Shown: positions 1 to 9,753, numbered from the stretch's first letter. The stretch is 64,000 nt of DNA from an uncultured Roseicyclus sp. (GCF_937892565.1 NZ_CALAHQ010000066.1:97771-161770); one strand, 5' to 3'. Translations and numbers: made by a program. Notes: generated from the sequence alone by a model not told the origin.

Positions 1-267
1 GCCCTGACGATCCTGAGCGGCGGACCGGCCGGGGCACCGGTGCTGAAAGATCGTCTGCCGCGCATGCTGGGCCATGATCGCAGCGTGGGCTTTCCCATTC
101 AGGGTGCCGCCAAGGACAATGCCGTGTTTCGCCGGGTCGCGGCTGAATTCGGTGTGCCGACCCCGACGCTGGAGGCCGCCCGCGCGATGATCGCAGCGGC
201 CATGGCCGCGGGCCTGGCCGAGGCGGATGTGGCCGCCCTGATCGCGCGGGCCTATGCCGATGCCTGA
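1..267 (+). CDS. NAD(P)-dependent oxidoreductase of the 3-hydroxyisobutyrate/6-phosphogluconate dehydrogenase family, C-terminal fragment (5' end outside window)
   Basis: Frame is open from base 1. The tail GFPIQGAAKDNAVFRRVAAEFGVPTP...MIAAAMAAG resembles the helical C-terminal domain of HIBADH-type enzymes. The stop overlaps the next gene start. Confidence 0.55.
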   Translation, partial: ALTILSGGPAGAPVLKDRLPRMLGHDRSVGFPIQGAAKDNAVFRRVAAEFGVPTPTLEAARAMIAAAMAAGLAEADVAALIARAYADA

Positions 268-1393
268 TCTGCCGCCCCTGCGCCTGACGGGTGGCGAGAT
301 CTTGTTTGCCGATGGTCTGCGCCGGGATGCGATCAGCATCGCCGAAGGCCGGATCGGCGAACATGGCGGGCGCGAGATCGATCTGACCGGATGGCGCATC
401 CTGCCCGGCATCATCGATCTGCATGGCGACGGTTTCGAGCGGCACATGGCGCCCCGGCGTGGGGCCGTCGATACCCCTGCGGCGGGTCTGTCGGGGCTCG
501 ATGCCGAATGTGGCGCCGCAGGCATCACCACCGCCGTTCTGGCCCAGTTCTGGAGCTGGGAGGGCGGCATGCGCGGCCCCGATTTCGCCCGGACCCTGGC
601 CGCGGCGCTGCACGGCGCCCGGACCCTGACGCAGATGCATCTTCAGTTGCGGGTCGAGACCCACATGATCGACACGCTTGATGCAATGGTCGCATTCGTG
701 CAGCGGGCGGGCATTTCCTATGTCGTTTGGAACGACCATCTGCCGCACAAGCATTTGTCGCAAGGCAAGCGCCCACCCGGCTTGACAGGACAGGCGCTGA
801 AAGCGGGCCGCGCGCCCGAAGATCATGCGCGCTTGCTGGAAAGGCTGCATGCAAATGGTCCCGATCTTGCCGATGCGCTGGGTCGGGTGGCCGGGCAACT
901 GGCGGCGCAGGGTGTGCGCATGGGCAGCCATGATGACCACACCGCCGCCGACCGCGCGCGGTTTCGGGCGCTGGGCGCCGATCTGTGCGAGTTTCCGGAA
1001 ACGCTCGACGCGGCCCGCGCGGCCAAGGCAGCGGATGAGCCGGTGATCATGGGTGCCCCCAATGTGGTGCGCGGCGCGTCCCACAGCGGCAAGGTCGCCG
1101 CCGAAGCGCTGATCGAGGCCGGGTTGGTCGATGCGCTGGTGTCGGATTACCATTATCCCACATTGGCGCGCGCGGCGCTGAAACTGGCCCCGCGGATCGG
1201 CTGGGCGGCGGCATGGGGGCTGGTGTCATCTGGCCCGGCGCGGGTGATGGGCTGGCACGATCGCGGCCGCATCGCGCCGGGTGCGCGCGCCGATCTGACG
1301 ATCATGGACGAACAGGGCGCGATCTGTGGCACCATTGCGGGGGGGCGGGTGTCGCATCTGGCGGGGGCGCTGGCGGCGCGGATGCTGTCATGA
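254..1393 (+). CDS. PhnM-family metal-dependent amidohydrolase (alpha-D-ribose 1-methylphosphonate 5-triphosphate diphosphatase-like)
   Basis: 379 aa. The N-terminal ILPGIIDLHGDGFERH metal-binding motif and the overall length are typical of PhnM-like amidohydrolases. Confidence 0.7.
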   Translation: MPMPDLPPLRLTGGEILFADGLRRDAISIAEGRIGEHGGREIDLTGWRILPGIIDLHGDGFERHMAPRRGAVDTPAAGLSGLDAECGAAGITTAVLAQFWSWEGGMRGPDFARTLAAALHGARTLTQMHLQLRVETHMIDTLDAMVAFVQRAGISYVVWNDHLPHKHLSQGKRPPGLTGQALKAGRAPEDHARLLERLHANGPDLADALGRVAGQLAAQGVRMGSHDDHTAADRARFRALGADLCEFPETLDAARAAKAADEPVIMGAPNVVRGASHSGKVAAEALIEAGLVDALVSDYHYPTLARAALKLAPRIGWAAAWGLVSSGPARVMGWHDRGRIAPGARADLTIMDEQGAICGTIAGGRVSHLAGALAARMLS

Positions 1394-2259
1394 GGCTGGT
1401 GGCGCTGACGGCGCTGGTGATGCTGGCCTTTGCGGCCAATTCGGTCCTGAACCGCGCTGCCGTGGGCGCGGGCCAGATCGGGGCGCTGGATTTCGCGCTG
1501 CTGCGCGCCGTGGCTGGCGCCGGGGTCCTGGTGATGCTGATCCGGCTTACGGGCGGGCGCTTGCCGGTCTTGGCACCGCGCCGGATTCTGGGCGGGGTGA
1601 TGCTGTCGAGCTATCTGATCGGGTTTTCGCTGGCCTATCTGGCGATGGATGCGGGGCTTGGCGCGCTGATCTTGTTTGGTGGTGTGCAGGTGACGATGTT
1701 TGCGGGTGCTCTGATCCTGGGCGAACGGCCGCCTGCCCGGCGCTGGCTGGGGGCGGGGATGGCGCTGGTCGGGCTGGTCTGGCTGGTCTGGCCGGGCCAT
1801 GACGCGGCAAGCCCGCCGCTTTGGGCGGTTGGTTCGATGGTGGCTGCGGCGCTGGGCTGGGGCCTTTATTCGCTGATCGGGCGCGGATCGGCCGATCCCT
1901 TGGGCGACACGGGCGCGGCTTTCGTCTGGGCCGTGGTCTTGGGGTTTCTGGCCGTGCTGGTGCAAACAGGCGGCAGCACGGTCAATGAGGCGACGCTTGC
2001 GGGCATGGCGCTGGCGGTGATCTCGGGGGCGATCACATCGGGGTTGGGCTATGCGCTGTGGTACCATGTGCTCCCGCGCATCGGGGCATCGGTCGCGGGG
2101 TTGACGCAGCTTTGCGTGCCGGTGATCGCGGCCTTGGGTGGCGTGGTCGTCCTGACGGAAAGCCCGACGTTCGACATGGTTCTGGCGGGCGCGGTTGTGC
2201 TGGGGGGCATCGGCTGGGGCCTGTGGCCTCAGCGCACCAGCGGTTCGAGCGCGTCGTAA
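1390..2259 (+). CDS. EamA/DMT-family transporter
   Basis: ATG at 1390 overlaps the upstream stop (ATGA). About 289 aa, highly hydrophobic, multi-TM, with two EamA-like halves. Confidence 0.75.
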   Translation: MRLVALTALVMLAFAANSVLNRAAVGAGQIGALDFALLRAVAGAGVLVMLIRLTGGRLPVLAPRRILGGVMLSSYLIGFSLAYLAMDAGLGALILFGGVQVTMFAGALILGERPPARRWLGAGMALVGLVWLVWPGHDAASPPLWAVGSMVAAALGWGLYSLIGRGSADPLGDTGAAFVWAVVLGFLAVLVQTGGSTVNEATLAGMALAVISGAITSGLGYALWYHVLPRIGASVAGLTQLCVPVIAALGGVVVLTESPTFDMVLAGAVVLGGIGWGLWPQRTSGSSAS

Positions 2260-2678
2260 AAGATGCAGCCGTCCGACCATGCCACATCGGGCAGGCTGTC
2301 GGGCTTGTAGCGGTAGCGGTGCATGTCGTGGCGCGCGATCAGATGTCGCTGGGTCACGATGCCTTCGGGATCGGTCCAGGGCGCCAGCGGATCGCCCGCC
2401 ACCAAGCGTACGCGGAAATAGATGTCGACCTGATGGAAATCATGCACCGGTGCGTGAAATTCATTCACCAGACAGGGTGCCCCCACCGTGATGGTCAGCC
2501 CGGTTTCCTCGTGGAATTCGCGGATCAGATTGTCGGGGAGCGAGCTGTGCATCTCGACCCCGCCGCCTGGTGCGCAGAGCAGGTCGCTTTTGCCGCCGCC
2601 CCATGCGTTGACCATGAGCAGCCGATCATCGATCAGAAGAATGCCGCGAACGGCAAGGCGGGGGCGTGAGGTGGCCAT
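2229..2678 (-). CDS. NUDIX hydrolase
   Basis: 149 aa from the Met at 2678. Nudix box GGGVEMHSSLPDNLIREFHEETGL. The upstream part of the 519-aa track ORF is antisense to the next gene and is discounted. Confidence 0.8.
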   Translation of the reverse strand: MATSRPRLAVRGILLIDDRLLMVNAWGGGKSDLLCAPGGGVEMHSSLPDNLIREFHEETGLTITVGAPCLVNEFHAPVHDFHQVDIYFRVRLVAGDPLAPWTDPEGIVTQRHLIARHDMHRYRYKPDSLPDVAWSDGCIFYDALEPLVR

Positions 2679-2756
2679 CGACAAAGATTGGCCCGTGGCG
2701 CAGCCCTGCGCAATCCCCCCTCGCGGAAGGGATGCCGCGCACCTATCTGACCGGGC

Positions 2757-3500
2757 ATGAGATGGTCTTTCCGGTTCGCCGCCATGGCGCTTTTCGCTGT
2801 GCTTTTCGCCACGCTGCCTGCGCGCGCGGCCGATTGCGTGATCTTGCTGCATGGGCTGGCGCGCAGCGAAACCTCGCTCTTGCTGATGGAACGGGTGCTT
2901 CTGGCCGAGGGCTATCTTGTGGTCAATCAGGGCTATCCGTCGCGCAAGGCGTCGATCGCCGATCTGGCCCAGGCGACGCTGGCGCCGGCCTTTGCCCGCT
3001 GCGAAGGCCAGCGGGTGCATGTGGTGACCCATTCGATGGGGGGCATTTTGTTGCGTTACTGGGTGTCGCGCCACAGGCCTGCCAATCTGGGCCGGGTGGT
3101 GATGCTGGCCCCGCCCAATGCCGGATCGGAAATCGTGGATGTGCTGGGGCCGCTGGAACCCTTCGAATGGATCAACGGGCCTGCCGGCATGCAGTTGGGC
3201 ACCGGCGCCGAGGATCTGCCCAACCGCTTGCCGCCGGTCGATTTCGAACTGGGCGTGATTGCCGGCAACCAGTCGCTGAACCCGGTCTATTCCACGATGA
3301 TCCCGGGCGAAGATGACGGCAAGGTCGCCGTCGACAGCACAAGGGTCGCGGGCATGGCCGATCACATCGTGCTGCCGGTCACCCACACCTTCATGATGAA
3401 CAACCCGATGGTCATCGCGCAGGTGCTGGCCTTCTTGCGACAGGGCCGTTTTGATCGCGATCTGAGCTATATCGGGGCCATCGAGCGCATCATCGAATGA
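2757..3500 (+). CDS. secreted alpha/beta-fold hydrolase (lipase/esterase-like)
   Basis: Signal peptide ending in ARA-AD. Nucleophile elbow HSMGG. 247 aa. Confidence 0.75.
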   Translation: MRWSFRFAAMALFAVLFATLPARAADCVILLHGLARSETSLLLMERVLLAEGYLVVNQGYPSRKASIADLAQATLAPAFARCEGQRVHVVTHSMGGILLRYWVSRHRPANLGRVVMLAPPNAGSEIVDVLGPLEPFEWINGPAGMQLGTGAEDLPNRLPPVDFELGVIAGNQSLNPVYSTMIPGEDDGKVAVDSTRVAGMADHIVLPVTHTFMMNNPMVIAQVLAFLRQGRFDRDLSYIGAIERIIE

Positions 3501-3520
3501 GGCGCGCCTTGACTGCGGCT

Positions 3521-3549
3521 GCATGCGTATTTCTGGAAAGATGAAGCGG
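3521..3549 (+). repeat. second repeat type, copy F (GCATGCGTATTTCTGGAAAGATGAAGCGG)
   Basis: 25 of the first 26 nt are identical to copy G at 40133. It sits in the convergent spacer between the hydrolase gene and purK. Confidence 0.8.
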
Positions 3550-3559
3550 CAACACGCCC

Positions 3560-4630
3560 TCAGGCGGGGCCGGTCACGCGGTTGATATGGCCCATCTTGC
3601 GGCCCGGGCGCGCCTGGGCCTTGCCGTAAAGATGGATCTGCACGCCCGGTTGGGCGGCCAGCGCGCGGGCGCGGTCCACATCGGCACCGATCAGGTTTTC
3701 CATCACCACATTGGCGTGGCGATGCCCGTCGCCCAAGGGCCAGCCCGCGATGGCGCGGATGTGTTGCTCGAATTGATCGACGGCGCATCCGGCTTGCGTC
3801 CAGTGGCCGGAATTATGGACGCGGGGGGCGATTTCGTTGACGACCAGCCCGTCGGGGGTCACGAACAACTCCACCCCCATGACGCCCACATAATCCAGCG
3901 CACTCAGGATGCGCGAGGCGATCAGCACCGCATCGGTGCGCAGCTTGAGGGGCAGGGCGGCGGGAACGGTGGTGGTGGCCAGGATGCCGTCGGTATGCAC
4001 ATTCTCGCCCGGATCATAGGCCGAGACGCTGCCATCGCGCCCGCGCGCGGCGATCACGCTGATCTCGCGCGAAAAATGGACAAAGCCTTCGGCAATGGCG
4101 GGCGCGCCTTGCAGGCTGTTCAGCGCTGCGGGGCCATCGGCGGACGCCATCACGCGGGCCTGCCCCTTGCCGTCATAGCCCAAGCGGCGGGTCTTCAGGA
4201 TCGCGGGCGTGCCGGTAGCCGCCAGCGCGGCTGCCAGATCCGCCGGGCTGTCAATCGGCGCGAAAGGAGCGGTGGCGAGCCCAAGCCCCGCGAGAAAGGT
4301 TTTTTCGGTCATCCGGTCCTGGCTGGTTTCCAGCGCGCGGCGATCGGGGAAAAGCGGGGTCGTTCGGGCCAGAACATCCAGCGCGGGGGCGGGGATATTC
4401 TCGAATTCGAAGGTGATCAGGTCACAGTCGCGCGCAAAGCGGGCCAGCGCATCCAGATCGTCATAGGGGGCTTGGGTCAGCGCATGGGCCACATCGGCGG
4501 CCGGCGCTGTGCCCGGCTCATAGATATGGCTGCGATAGCCCAGACGGGCGGCGGCCATGGACAGCATGCGGCCCAATTGTCCGCCGCCAAGAATGCCGAT
4601 GGTCGATCCGGGCGCGAGCGGATCAGTCAT
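3560..4630 (-). CDS. purK: 5-(carboxyamino)imidazole ribonucleotide synthase
   Basis: ATP-grasp protein starting [22 protein letters not shown]. The start overlaps the purE stop by 8 nt. Confidence 0.9.
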   Translation of the reverse strand: MTDPLAPGSTIGILGGGQLGRMLSMAAARLGYRSHIYEPGTAPAADVAHALTQAPYDDLDALARFARDCDLITFEFENIPAPALDVLARTTPLFPDRRALETSQDRMTEKTFLAGLGLATAPFAPIDSPADLAAALAATGTPAILKTRRLGYDGKGQARVMASADGPAALNSLQGAPAIAEGFVHFSREISVIAARGRDGSVSAYDPGENVHTDGILATTTVPAALPLKLRTDAVLIASRILSALDYVGVMGVELFVTPDGLVVNEIAPRVHNSGHWTQAGCAVDQFEQHIRAIAGWPLGDGHRHANVVMENLIGADVDRARALAAQPGVQIHLYGKAQARPGRKMGHINRVTGPA

Positions 4631-5111
4631 CGCTGGGCGTCTCGGGGATCGAGGCGGTAAGCGCCGCGCGCCATGCATCAAGCCGGGCCGCCAGCGCCGC
4701 ATCGGACAGGGCAAGGATCGCGGCCGCCATCAGCCCGGCATTGGCGGCACCCGCCGCGCCGATGGCCATGGTGGCCACCGGGTAGCCCTTGGGCATCTGC
4801 ACGATGGAATAAAGCGAATCGACCCCCGACAGCGCCTTGGTCTGAACCGGCACGCCAATCACCGGCACACGGGTTTTCGACGCCATCATGCCCGGCAGAT
4901 GCGCCGCGCCCCCCGCGCCCGCGATGATCACCTTCAGCCCACGGTCCACGGCCGTGCGGCCATAGTCCCACAACCGGTCGGGTGTGCGATGGGCCGACAC
5001 GATGCGCGCCTCATAAGGCACGCCTAGCTCGTCGAGGATGCCGGCGGCCGCGCGCAGGGTGGGCCAGTCCGACTGGCTGCCCATGATGATGCCGACCTCG
5101 ATATCTGCCAT
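4623..5111 (-). CDS. purE: 5-(carboxyamino)imidazole ribonucleotide mutase
   Basis: 162 aa. Motifs [17 protein letters not shown] and [10 protein letters not shown] are characteristic of PurE. Confidence 0.95.
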   Translation of the reverse strand: MADIEVGIIMGSQSDWPTLRAAAGILDELGVPYEARIVSAHRTPDRLWDYGRTAVDRGLKVIIAGAGGAAHLPGMMASKTRVPVIGVPVQTKALSGVDSLYSIVQMPKGYPVATMAIGAAGAANAGLMAAAILALSDAALAARLDAWRAALTASIPETPSDD

Positions 5112-5183
5112 GACGCTTGCCCTTTTCGCCCATCGTCAGAGCGGCGCACTATAGCTGTGCCGCCCGGTCATGCAATGGCGCGC

Positions 5184-5411
5184 TCAGGCGATGATGTCAG
5201 GGGTCAGCTCATCCTCGATCCGCGCGATCCGGTCCTTGAGGTGGAGCTTTTGCTTTTTCAGCCGTCTGAGCGTGAGCGGGTCGGGGTTGACCGCCAGATG
5301 CAGCGCAGCGATGGCTTCGTCGAGATCGCGATGCTCGCGCTTGAGAACCTCAAGAGAGATGCGCAACACCTCTTCGTGGTTCAGTTCCTTGGGGCCCATG
5401 GGGGCATTCAT
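5184..5411 (-). CDS. DUF465 (YdcH-like) family protein
   Basis: About 75 aa coiled-coil protein (LKREHRDLDEAIAAL...LRRLKKQKLHLKDRIARIED). Start chosen at the internal Met (MNAPMGPKE). Confidence 0.6.
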   Translation of the reverse strand: MNAPMGPKELNHEEVLRISLEVLKREHRDLDEAIAALHLAVNPDPLTLRRLKKQKLHLKDRIARIEDELTPDIIA

Positions 5412-5483
5412 GATTGGCGATCCCTTGCTGGGTCTGCACGATCCGACGACCCAGTCTAGCGCGCAGAAGGTGACCCGCCAAGC

Positions 5484-5512
5484 CTTGCAGGAGACAGAAA
5501 CGCTTCCCATAT
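5484..5512 (+). promoter_or_regulatory. candidate RpoH (sigma32)-type heat-shock promoter of hsp20
   Basis: CTTGCAG, 14-nt spacer, TCCCATAT. Compare the E. coli consensus CTTGAAA-N13-15-CCCCATNT. It lies about 70 nt upstream of the hsp20 ATG. Confidence 0.45.
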
Positions 5513-5569
5513 CCCGCTCAATGGTGCGTCGCCGGAGTTGGGGCGCGCCAGCGTGCAGATCGCTTTTTG

Positions 5570-5584
5570 CAAGGATGTGCCTTG
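5570..5584 (+). promoter_or_regulatory. short hairpin pairing the hsp20 Shine-Dalgarno (possible RNA-thermometer-like element)
   Basis: CAAGG-AUGUG-CCUUG: 5 bp that sequester AAGG of the SD and end directly at the ATG. Confidence 0.3.
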
Positions 5585-6007
5585 ATGACGAAACTGACGC
5601 TTGGATCGCACCCCTTCCTGCTGGGCTTCGATCAACTCGAACGGCTGGTCGAGCGCACCGCGAAGGCGGGCAATGACGGCTATCCCCCCTACAATATCGA
5701 ACAATGCGGCGAGACGGCCTATCGCATCACGCTGGCCGTGGCGGGCTTTGCCGAAAGCGATCTGTCGATCACGGTGGAGGATCGGCAATTGCTGATTCGG
5801 GGCCGTCAGCTTGACGACGGCGCCGATCGCGTCTTTCTGCACCGCGGGATCGCGGCCCGGCAGTTTCAGCGCAGCTTTGTCTTGGCCGACGGGGTCGAGG
5901 TGGCGGGCGCCAATCTGCAAAACGGGCTGTTGCACATCGCGCTGCAGCGCAGCCGACCCGACAGCATCGTGCAGACGATCCGCATCACCACAGGCGCCAA
6001 TAGTTGA
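5585..6007 (+). CDS. Hsp20/IbpA-family small heat-shock protein
   Basis: Alpha-crystallin domain (PPYNIEQCGETAYRITLAVAGF...LHIAL). ATG at 5585 is preceded by AAGGA at 9-nt spacing. Confidence 0.85.
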   Translation: MTKLTLGSHPFLLGFDQLERLVERTAKAGNDGYPPYNIEQCGETAYRITLAVAGFAESDLSITVEDRQLLIRGRQLDDGADRVFLHRGIAARQFQRSFVLADGVEVAGANLQNGLLHIALQRSRPDSIVQTIRITTGANS

Positions 6008-6022
6008 GGGGAGAGCGACAGA

Positions 6023-6250
6023 ATGACCAATGAACATGACGCCGCCACCGTTTCCGGGCGGCCCATCGTCTATATCCGGCCCGTCGCCGTGGCCGATCTG
6101 CCTGATGAGATCCGCGCGCAAGCCCGGGGTATCGAGACGCTTTACGCCATCGGCAGCGAAACGGGCGAACAACTGGCCTTGGTGCGCGACCGCAAGATGG
6201 CCTTTGCCATGGCGCGCCAGAACGACATGACGCCGGTCAGCGTGCATTGA
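6023..6250 (+). CDS. DUF1150-family protein
   Basis: 75 aa (IVYIRPVAVADLPDE...LALVRDRKMAFAMARQNDMTPVSVH). The position directly after hsp20 is the arrangement recalled for alphaproteobacteria. Confidence 0.6.
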   Translation: MTNEHDAATVSGRPIVYIRPVAVADLPDEIRAQARGIETLYAIGSETGEQLALVRDRKMAFAMARQNDMTPVSVH

Positions 6251-6304
6251 CGCGACAGCAGGGCTGCGCCCTCGGGCGCACCCCCCGCGCTTGGGCGCGC
6301 GCGT

Positions 6305-7963
6305 TCAGGTCTTGTCGCGCCAGCGGTTGACGATCGGATAGCGCCGGTCCAGCCAAAAGGCGCGTTCGGTCAGCCGCGCGCCGGGGGCAGATTGGAAGCG
6401 TTTGTATTCGCTGATGTAAATCAGGCTTTCGATCTTTTCCACCATGGCGCGGTCATGGCCCCTGGCCACCACTTCGGCGACCGAGGCGTCCTTGTCGATC
6501 AGCATCTCGAGGATATCGTCGAGAACCGGATAGGGCGGCAGGCTGTCCTCATCCTTCTGGTTTTCGCGCAGCTCGGCGGTGGGCGGCTTGTCGATCACGG
6601 CGGGCGGGATCACCTCACCGCCAGGGCCCTTCATCCAGGCCTCGTGATGGGCGTTGCGCCAGCGGCAGGTCTCGAACACGCGGGTCTTGTAGAGATCCTT
6701 GATCGGATTGTAGCCGCCCGCCATGTCGCCATAGATCGTGGCATAGCCCACCGCGACCTCGGATTTGTTGCCGGTCGTCAGCAGCATGTCCCCGAACTTG
6801 TTGCTGAGCGCCATCAGCATCACGCCGCGCAGGCGGGACTGCACGTTTTCTTCGGTCAGACCGGGTTGGGTGCCCGCAAAGAGCGGTGCAAGCGTTTCCA
6901 GAACGGTGGCATGGGCGGGACCGATCGGGACGGTATCGAGCCGCAGCCCAAGCCGGCGCGCCACATCGGATGCATCGTCAAGCGACGCCTGCGAGGTAAA
7001 GCGCGACGGCAGCATGACGCAGCGCACATTCTCGGGGCCCAGCGCATCGGCGGCGATGGCGGCCACCAGCGCGCTGTCGATGCCACCCGACAGGCCCAGA
7101 AGCACGCGTGAAAACCCCGCCTTGCCGACATAATCGCGCAAGCCTTCGACCATGGCGCGATAATCGGCTGCCCATGGATCGGGCAGCACCGCCTTGTCGC
7201 CCGGGCACGCCCGCCAGCCATCGGGGCCGCGTTCGAAATCGACATGAAACAGCCCCGCCTCGAATGCGGGCATCTGCTGGGCCAGAACCCCATGCGGGTT
7301 CAGCACAAAGCTTGCGCCGTCGAAAATCTGATCGTCCTGCCCGCCGGTCAGGTTCAGATAGACCAAGGGCAGCCCCGTTTCGATCACGCGGGCGACCATG
7401 ATCGCCTGTCGCGTGTCCATCTTGCCCCGATGATAGGGCGAGCCATTGGGCACCAGCAAGATTTCGGCGCCGGTTTCGGCCAGTGTCTCGGTCACATCCT
7501 CGAACCACGCATCCTCGCAGATCGGCACGCCGATGCGGATGGGGCCCACGCGGACCGGCCCCGAAGGATTGCCGGCATTGAAGTAGCGATGTTCGTCAAA
7601 CACCTTGTAATTCGGCAGATGGTGTTTGAGCAGCTGTGCCGCGATCTTGCCCCCTTGCAAGATGAACCACGCGTTAAAGGGCTTGTCTTGGCCCGGCAGC
7701 GGCGCGCCGATCCCGATGGCCGGACCATCGGCACAATCTTGCGCCAATTGCGCCAGCACGCGCTGCACATCGGCGACAAAGGCGGGTTTGCCCACCAGAT
7801 CTTGCAATTGGTAGCCGGTCAGAAACATCTCTGGAAAGGCCACCATATCCGCACCCGCCGCCTTGGCTTGTGCCCAGGCGGCGGCGGCTTGAGCGGCATT
7901 GCCGCGCAGATCGCCCACAATGGGGTTGAGTTGTGCAAGGCTCAGGCGAAAGCGCTCGGTCAT
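6305..7963 (-). CDS. nadE: glutamine-dependent NAD+ synthetase
   Basis: 552 aa from MTERFRLSLAQLNP. N-terminal CN-hydrolase domain plus a C-terminal PP-loop GLSGGIDSALVA. Confidence 0.9.
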   Translation of the reverse strand: MTERFRLSLAQLNPIVGDLRGNAAQAAAAWAQAKAAGADMVAFPEMFLTGYQLQDLVGKPAFVADVQRVLAQLAQDCADGPAIGIGAPLPGQDKPFNAWFILQGGKIAAQLLKHHLPNYKVFDEHRYFNAGNPSGPVRVGPIRIGVPICEDAWFEDVTETLAETGAEILLVPNGSPYHRGKMDTRQAIMVARVIETGLPLVYLNLTGGQDDQIFDGASFVLNPHGVLAQQMPAFEAGLFHVDFERGPDGWRACPGDKAVLPDPWAADYRAMVEGLRDYVGKAGFSRVLLGLSGGIDSALVAAIAADALGPENVRCVMLPSRFTSQASLDDASDVARRLGLRLDTVPIGPAHATVLETLAPLFAGTQPGLTEENVQSRLRGVMLMALSNKFGDMLLTTGNKSEVAVGYATIYGDMAGGYNPIKDLYKTRVFETCRWRNAHHEAWMKGPGGEVIPPAVIDKPPTAELRENQKDEDSLPPYPVLDDILEMLIDKDASVAEVVARGHDRAMVEKIESLIYISEYKRFQSAPGARLTERAFWLDRRYPIVNRWRDKT

Positions 7964-8131
7964 GGGGCGCCCTTTCAGGATGTGGCGGCATCTTGGTTGC
8001 GGCACATGTAACAGAAAGCGCCCCGAGGCCAAGGCCGCGCATGGATCCATGCCTTACCCGTTGCACCCGCCCGCCCGACCCCATAGCCTTGCGCCGACCG
8101 CGATACGGCCACATGCGAACAACAAAGGGGC

Positions 8132-9643
8132 TTGCGACCCGTGATCAGGACGACACATGCCGTGGCGGTTTGCGCCGTGATCTTGTTCGCCCCCGCCATA
8201 GCGCATGCGCAGGCGACAAGCGACATCGTCACCGATATCCAGCAATACGACAATGGCGGTATCTACGAGGGTGAATTCCGCAATGGCGTGCAGCATGGGC
8301 AAGGCACCTATCGTCTGCCCAATGGCTATGAATACACCGGCAGTTGGGTCGATGGCGAAATCAGTGGCCAGGGCCGTGCCGTGTTTCCCGATCAATCCAT
8401 CTACGAGGGCGAATTTCGCATCGGGCGGCCCCATGGGCGGGGGCGCATCACCTATGTCGACGGATCGACCTATGAGGGCGAATGGGCCGAGGGGCGCATC
8501 CATGGCACGGGCGTGGCGGTCTATTCCAACGGCGTGACCTACAGCGGACAGTTCGCGGATGCCCAACATCACGGGCAAGGCATTCTGACGGGTCCCAATG
8601 GCTATCGGTACGAAGGCGACTGGGTGGCCGGCGTGATGGAGGGGCAGGGCGCGATCACCTATCCCGATGGCGCGACCTATGCGGGCGGCTTCGTGCAGGG
8701 CGAGCGCGTTGGCACCGGAAAGCTCGTCATGCCCGACGGCGCCACATTCGAAGGTGAATGGGCCGCAGGCCAGATCAATGGCACAGGCGTGCTGACCCAA
8801 TCGAATGGCGATGTCTATGAAGGCAGCTTCGTGAATGGTCAGCGCGCCGGGCGGGGCGTGGTGCGCTATGCCAATGGCGATGTCTATGAGGGCGATTTCG
8901 CCAATGATCAGCGCCACGGCACGGGCAATTTCACGGCCGCTGACGGTTTCAGCTATCTGGGCAGTTGGTCCGAGGGCCGCATCGCCGGTCAAGGCCGCGT
9001 GACCTATCCCGACGGGTCCGTCCATGAGGGGCAATTTGTCGATGATCTGGCGCAGGGCACCGGCACCATCACCTATCCCGACGGCTCATCCTATGCCGGC
9101 GATTGGGTCGCGGGCGTGATCCAGGGTCAGGGCACAGCCAGCTACGCCAATGGCCTGACCTATGTTGGCCAGTTCCTCAATGCACGCCAACAGGGGCAAG
9201 GCGTCATGAGCCACCCGGACGGCTACCGCTACGAAGGCGAATGGCAAGACGGGTTGCGCCATGGTCAGGGCCGGGTCGTCTATGCGGACGGCTCGATCTA
9301 TGACGGAACCTTTGTCGCGGGCGAACGCCATGGCCAAGGCAGGCTGACCATGCCTGAGCCCAATGCCTTCACCTATGTCGGCGAATGGGCCCGGGGCGAG
9401 ATCAACGGCTTTGGCATCGCAACCTATTCGAATGGCGACATCTACGAGGGCCGCTTCGTCGATGGTCGTCGCGAGGGCGAAGGCACGATGCGCTACGCCT
9501 CGGGCGAGGTTCTGCGCGGCACATGGGAAAACGGTCTGCCGACCGAAGGATCGGCCGTCGATGGCCCGGCCCCCGCCAACGATCCCGTGACCAGCGAGGC
9601 CGCACCGGGCGCGGGGGCTACGACGACCGTTCCCCGCCCATAG
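8132..9643 (+). CDS. secreted MORN-repeat protein
   Basis: TTG start. Signal peptide (...APAIAHA-QA), 19 consecutive 23-aa Y-E-G-x-W/F-x-x-G-x-x-x-G-x-G units, and a Pro/Ala/Thr-rich tail. Confidence 0.85.
   Translation: MRPVIRTTHAVAVCAVILFAPAIAHAQATSDIVTDIQQYDNGGIYEGEFRNGVQHGQGTYRLPNGYEYTGSWVDGEISGQGRAVFPDQSIYEGEFRIGRPHGRGRITYVDGSTYEGEWAEGRIHGTGVAVYSNGVTYSGQFADAQHHGQGILTGPNGYRYEGDWVAGVMEGQGAITYPDGATYAGGFVQGERVGTGKLVMPDGATFEGEWAAGQINGTGVLTQSNGDVYEGSFVNGQRAGRGVVRYANGDVYEGDFANDQRHGTGNFTAADGFSYLGSWSEGRIAGQGRVTYPDGSVHEGQFVDDLAQGTGTITYPDGSSYAGDWVAGVIQGQGTASYANGLTYVGQFLNARQQGQGVMSHPDGYRYEGEWQDGLRHGQGRVVYADGSIYDGTFVAGERHGQGRLTMPEPNAFTYVGEWARGEINGFGIATYSNGDIYEGRFVDGRREGEGTMRYASGEVLRGTWENGLPTEGSAVDGPAPANDPVTSEAAPGAGATTTVPRP
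8264..9541 (+). repeat. 19 tandem 69-nt (23-codon) MORN repeat units inside the CDS
   Basis: Counted by eye from the translation (IYEGEF, EYTGSW, IYEGEF, TYEGEW ... VLRGTW). The periodicity also produces a long spurious antisense ORF (8054..9034). Confidence 0.8.
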
Positions 9644-9753
9644 CCGGCCGCCTTGCCGTTTCACGACGATCCCGTGATCCGGGGCGCACACCCGACGCGC
9701 CCCGCGACGCGATGATGCTTGGTCGATCCTGGGCCGATCCAATGGTCGGGAGA

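Noticed and set aside
3497-3544. Possible mini-ORFs or conserved peptides encoded by the repeats: ...ACVFLER-stop in copies F and G, and EY[LF]xSKDG in copies A, B and C.
   Set aside because: The single F/G difference is synonymous in two frames at once. Degenerate copies contain stops in the same frame. No consistent start codon or RBS exists. The similarity is better explained at the DNA/RNA level.
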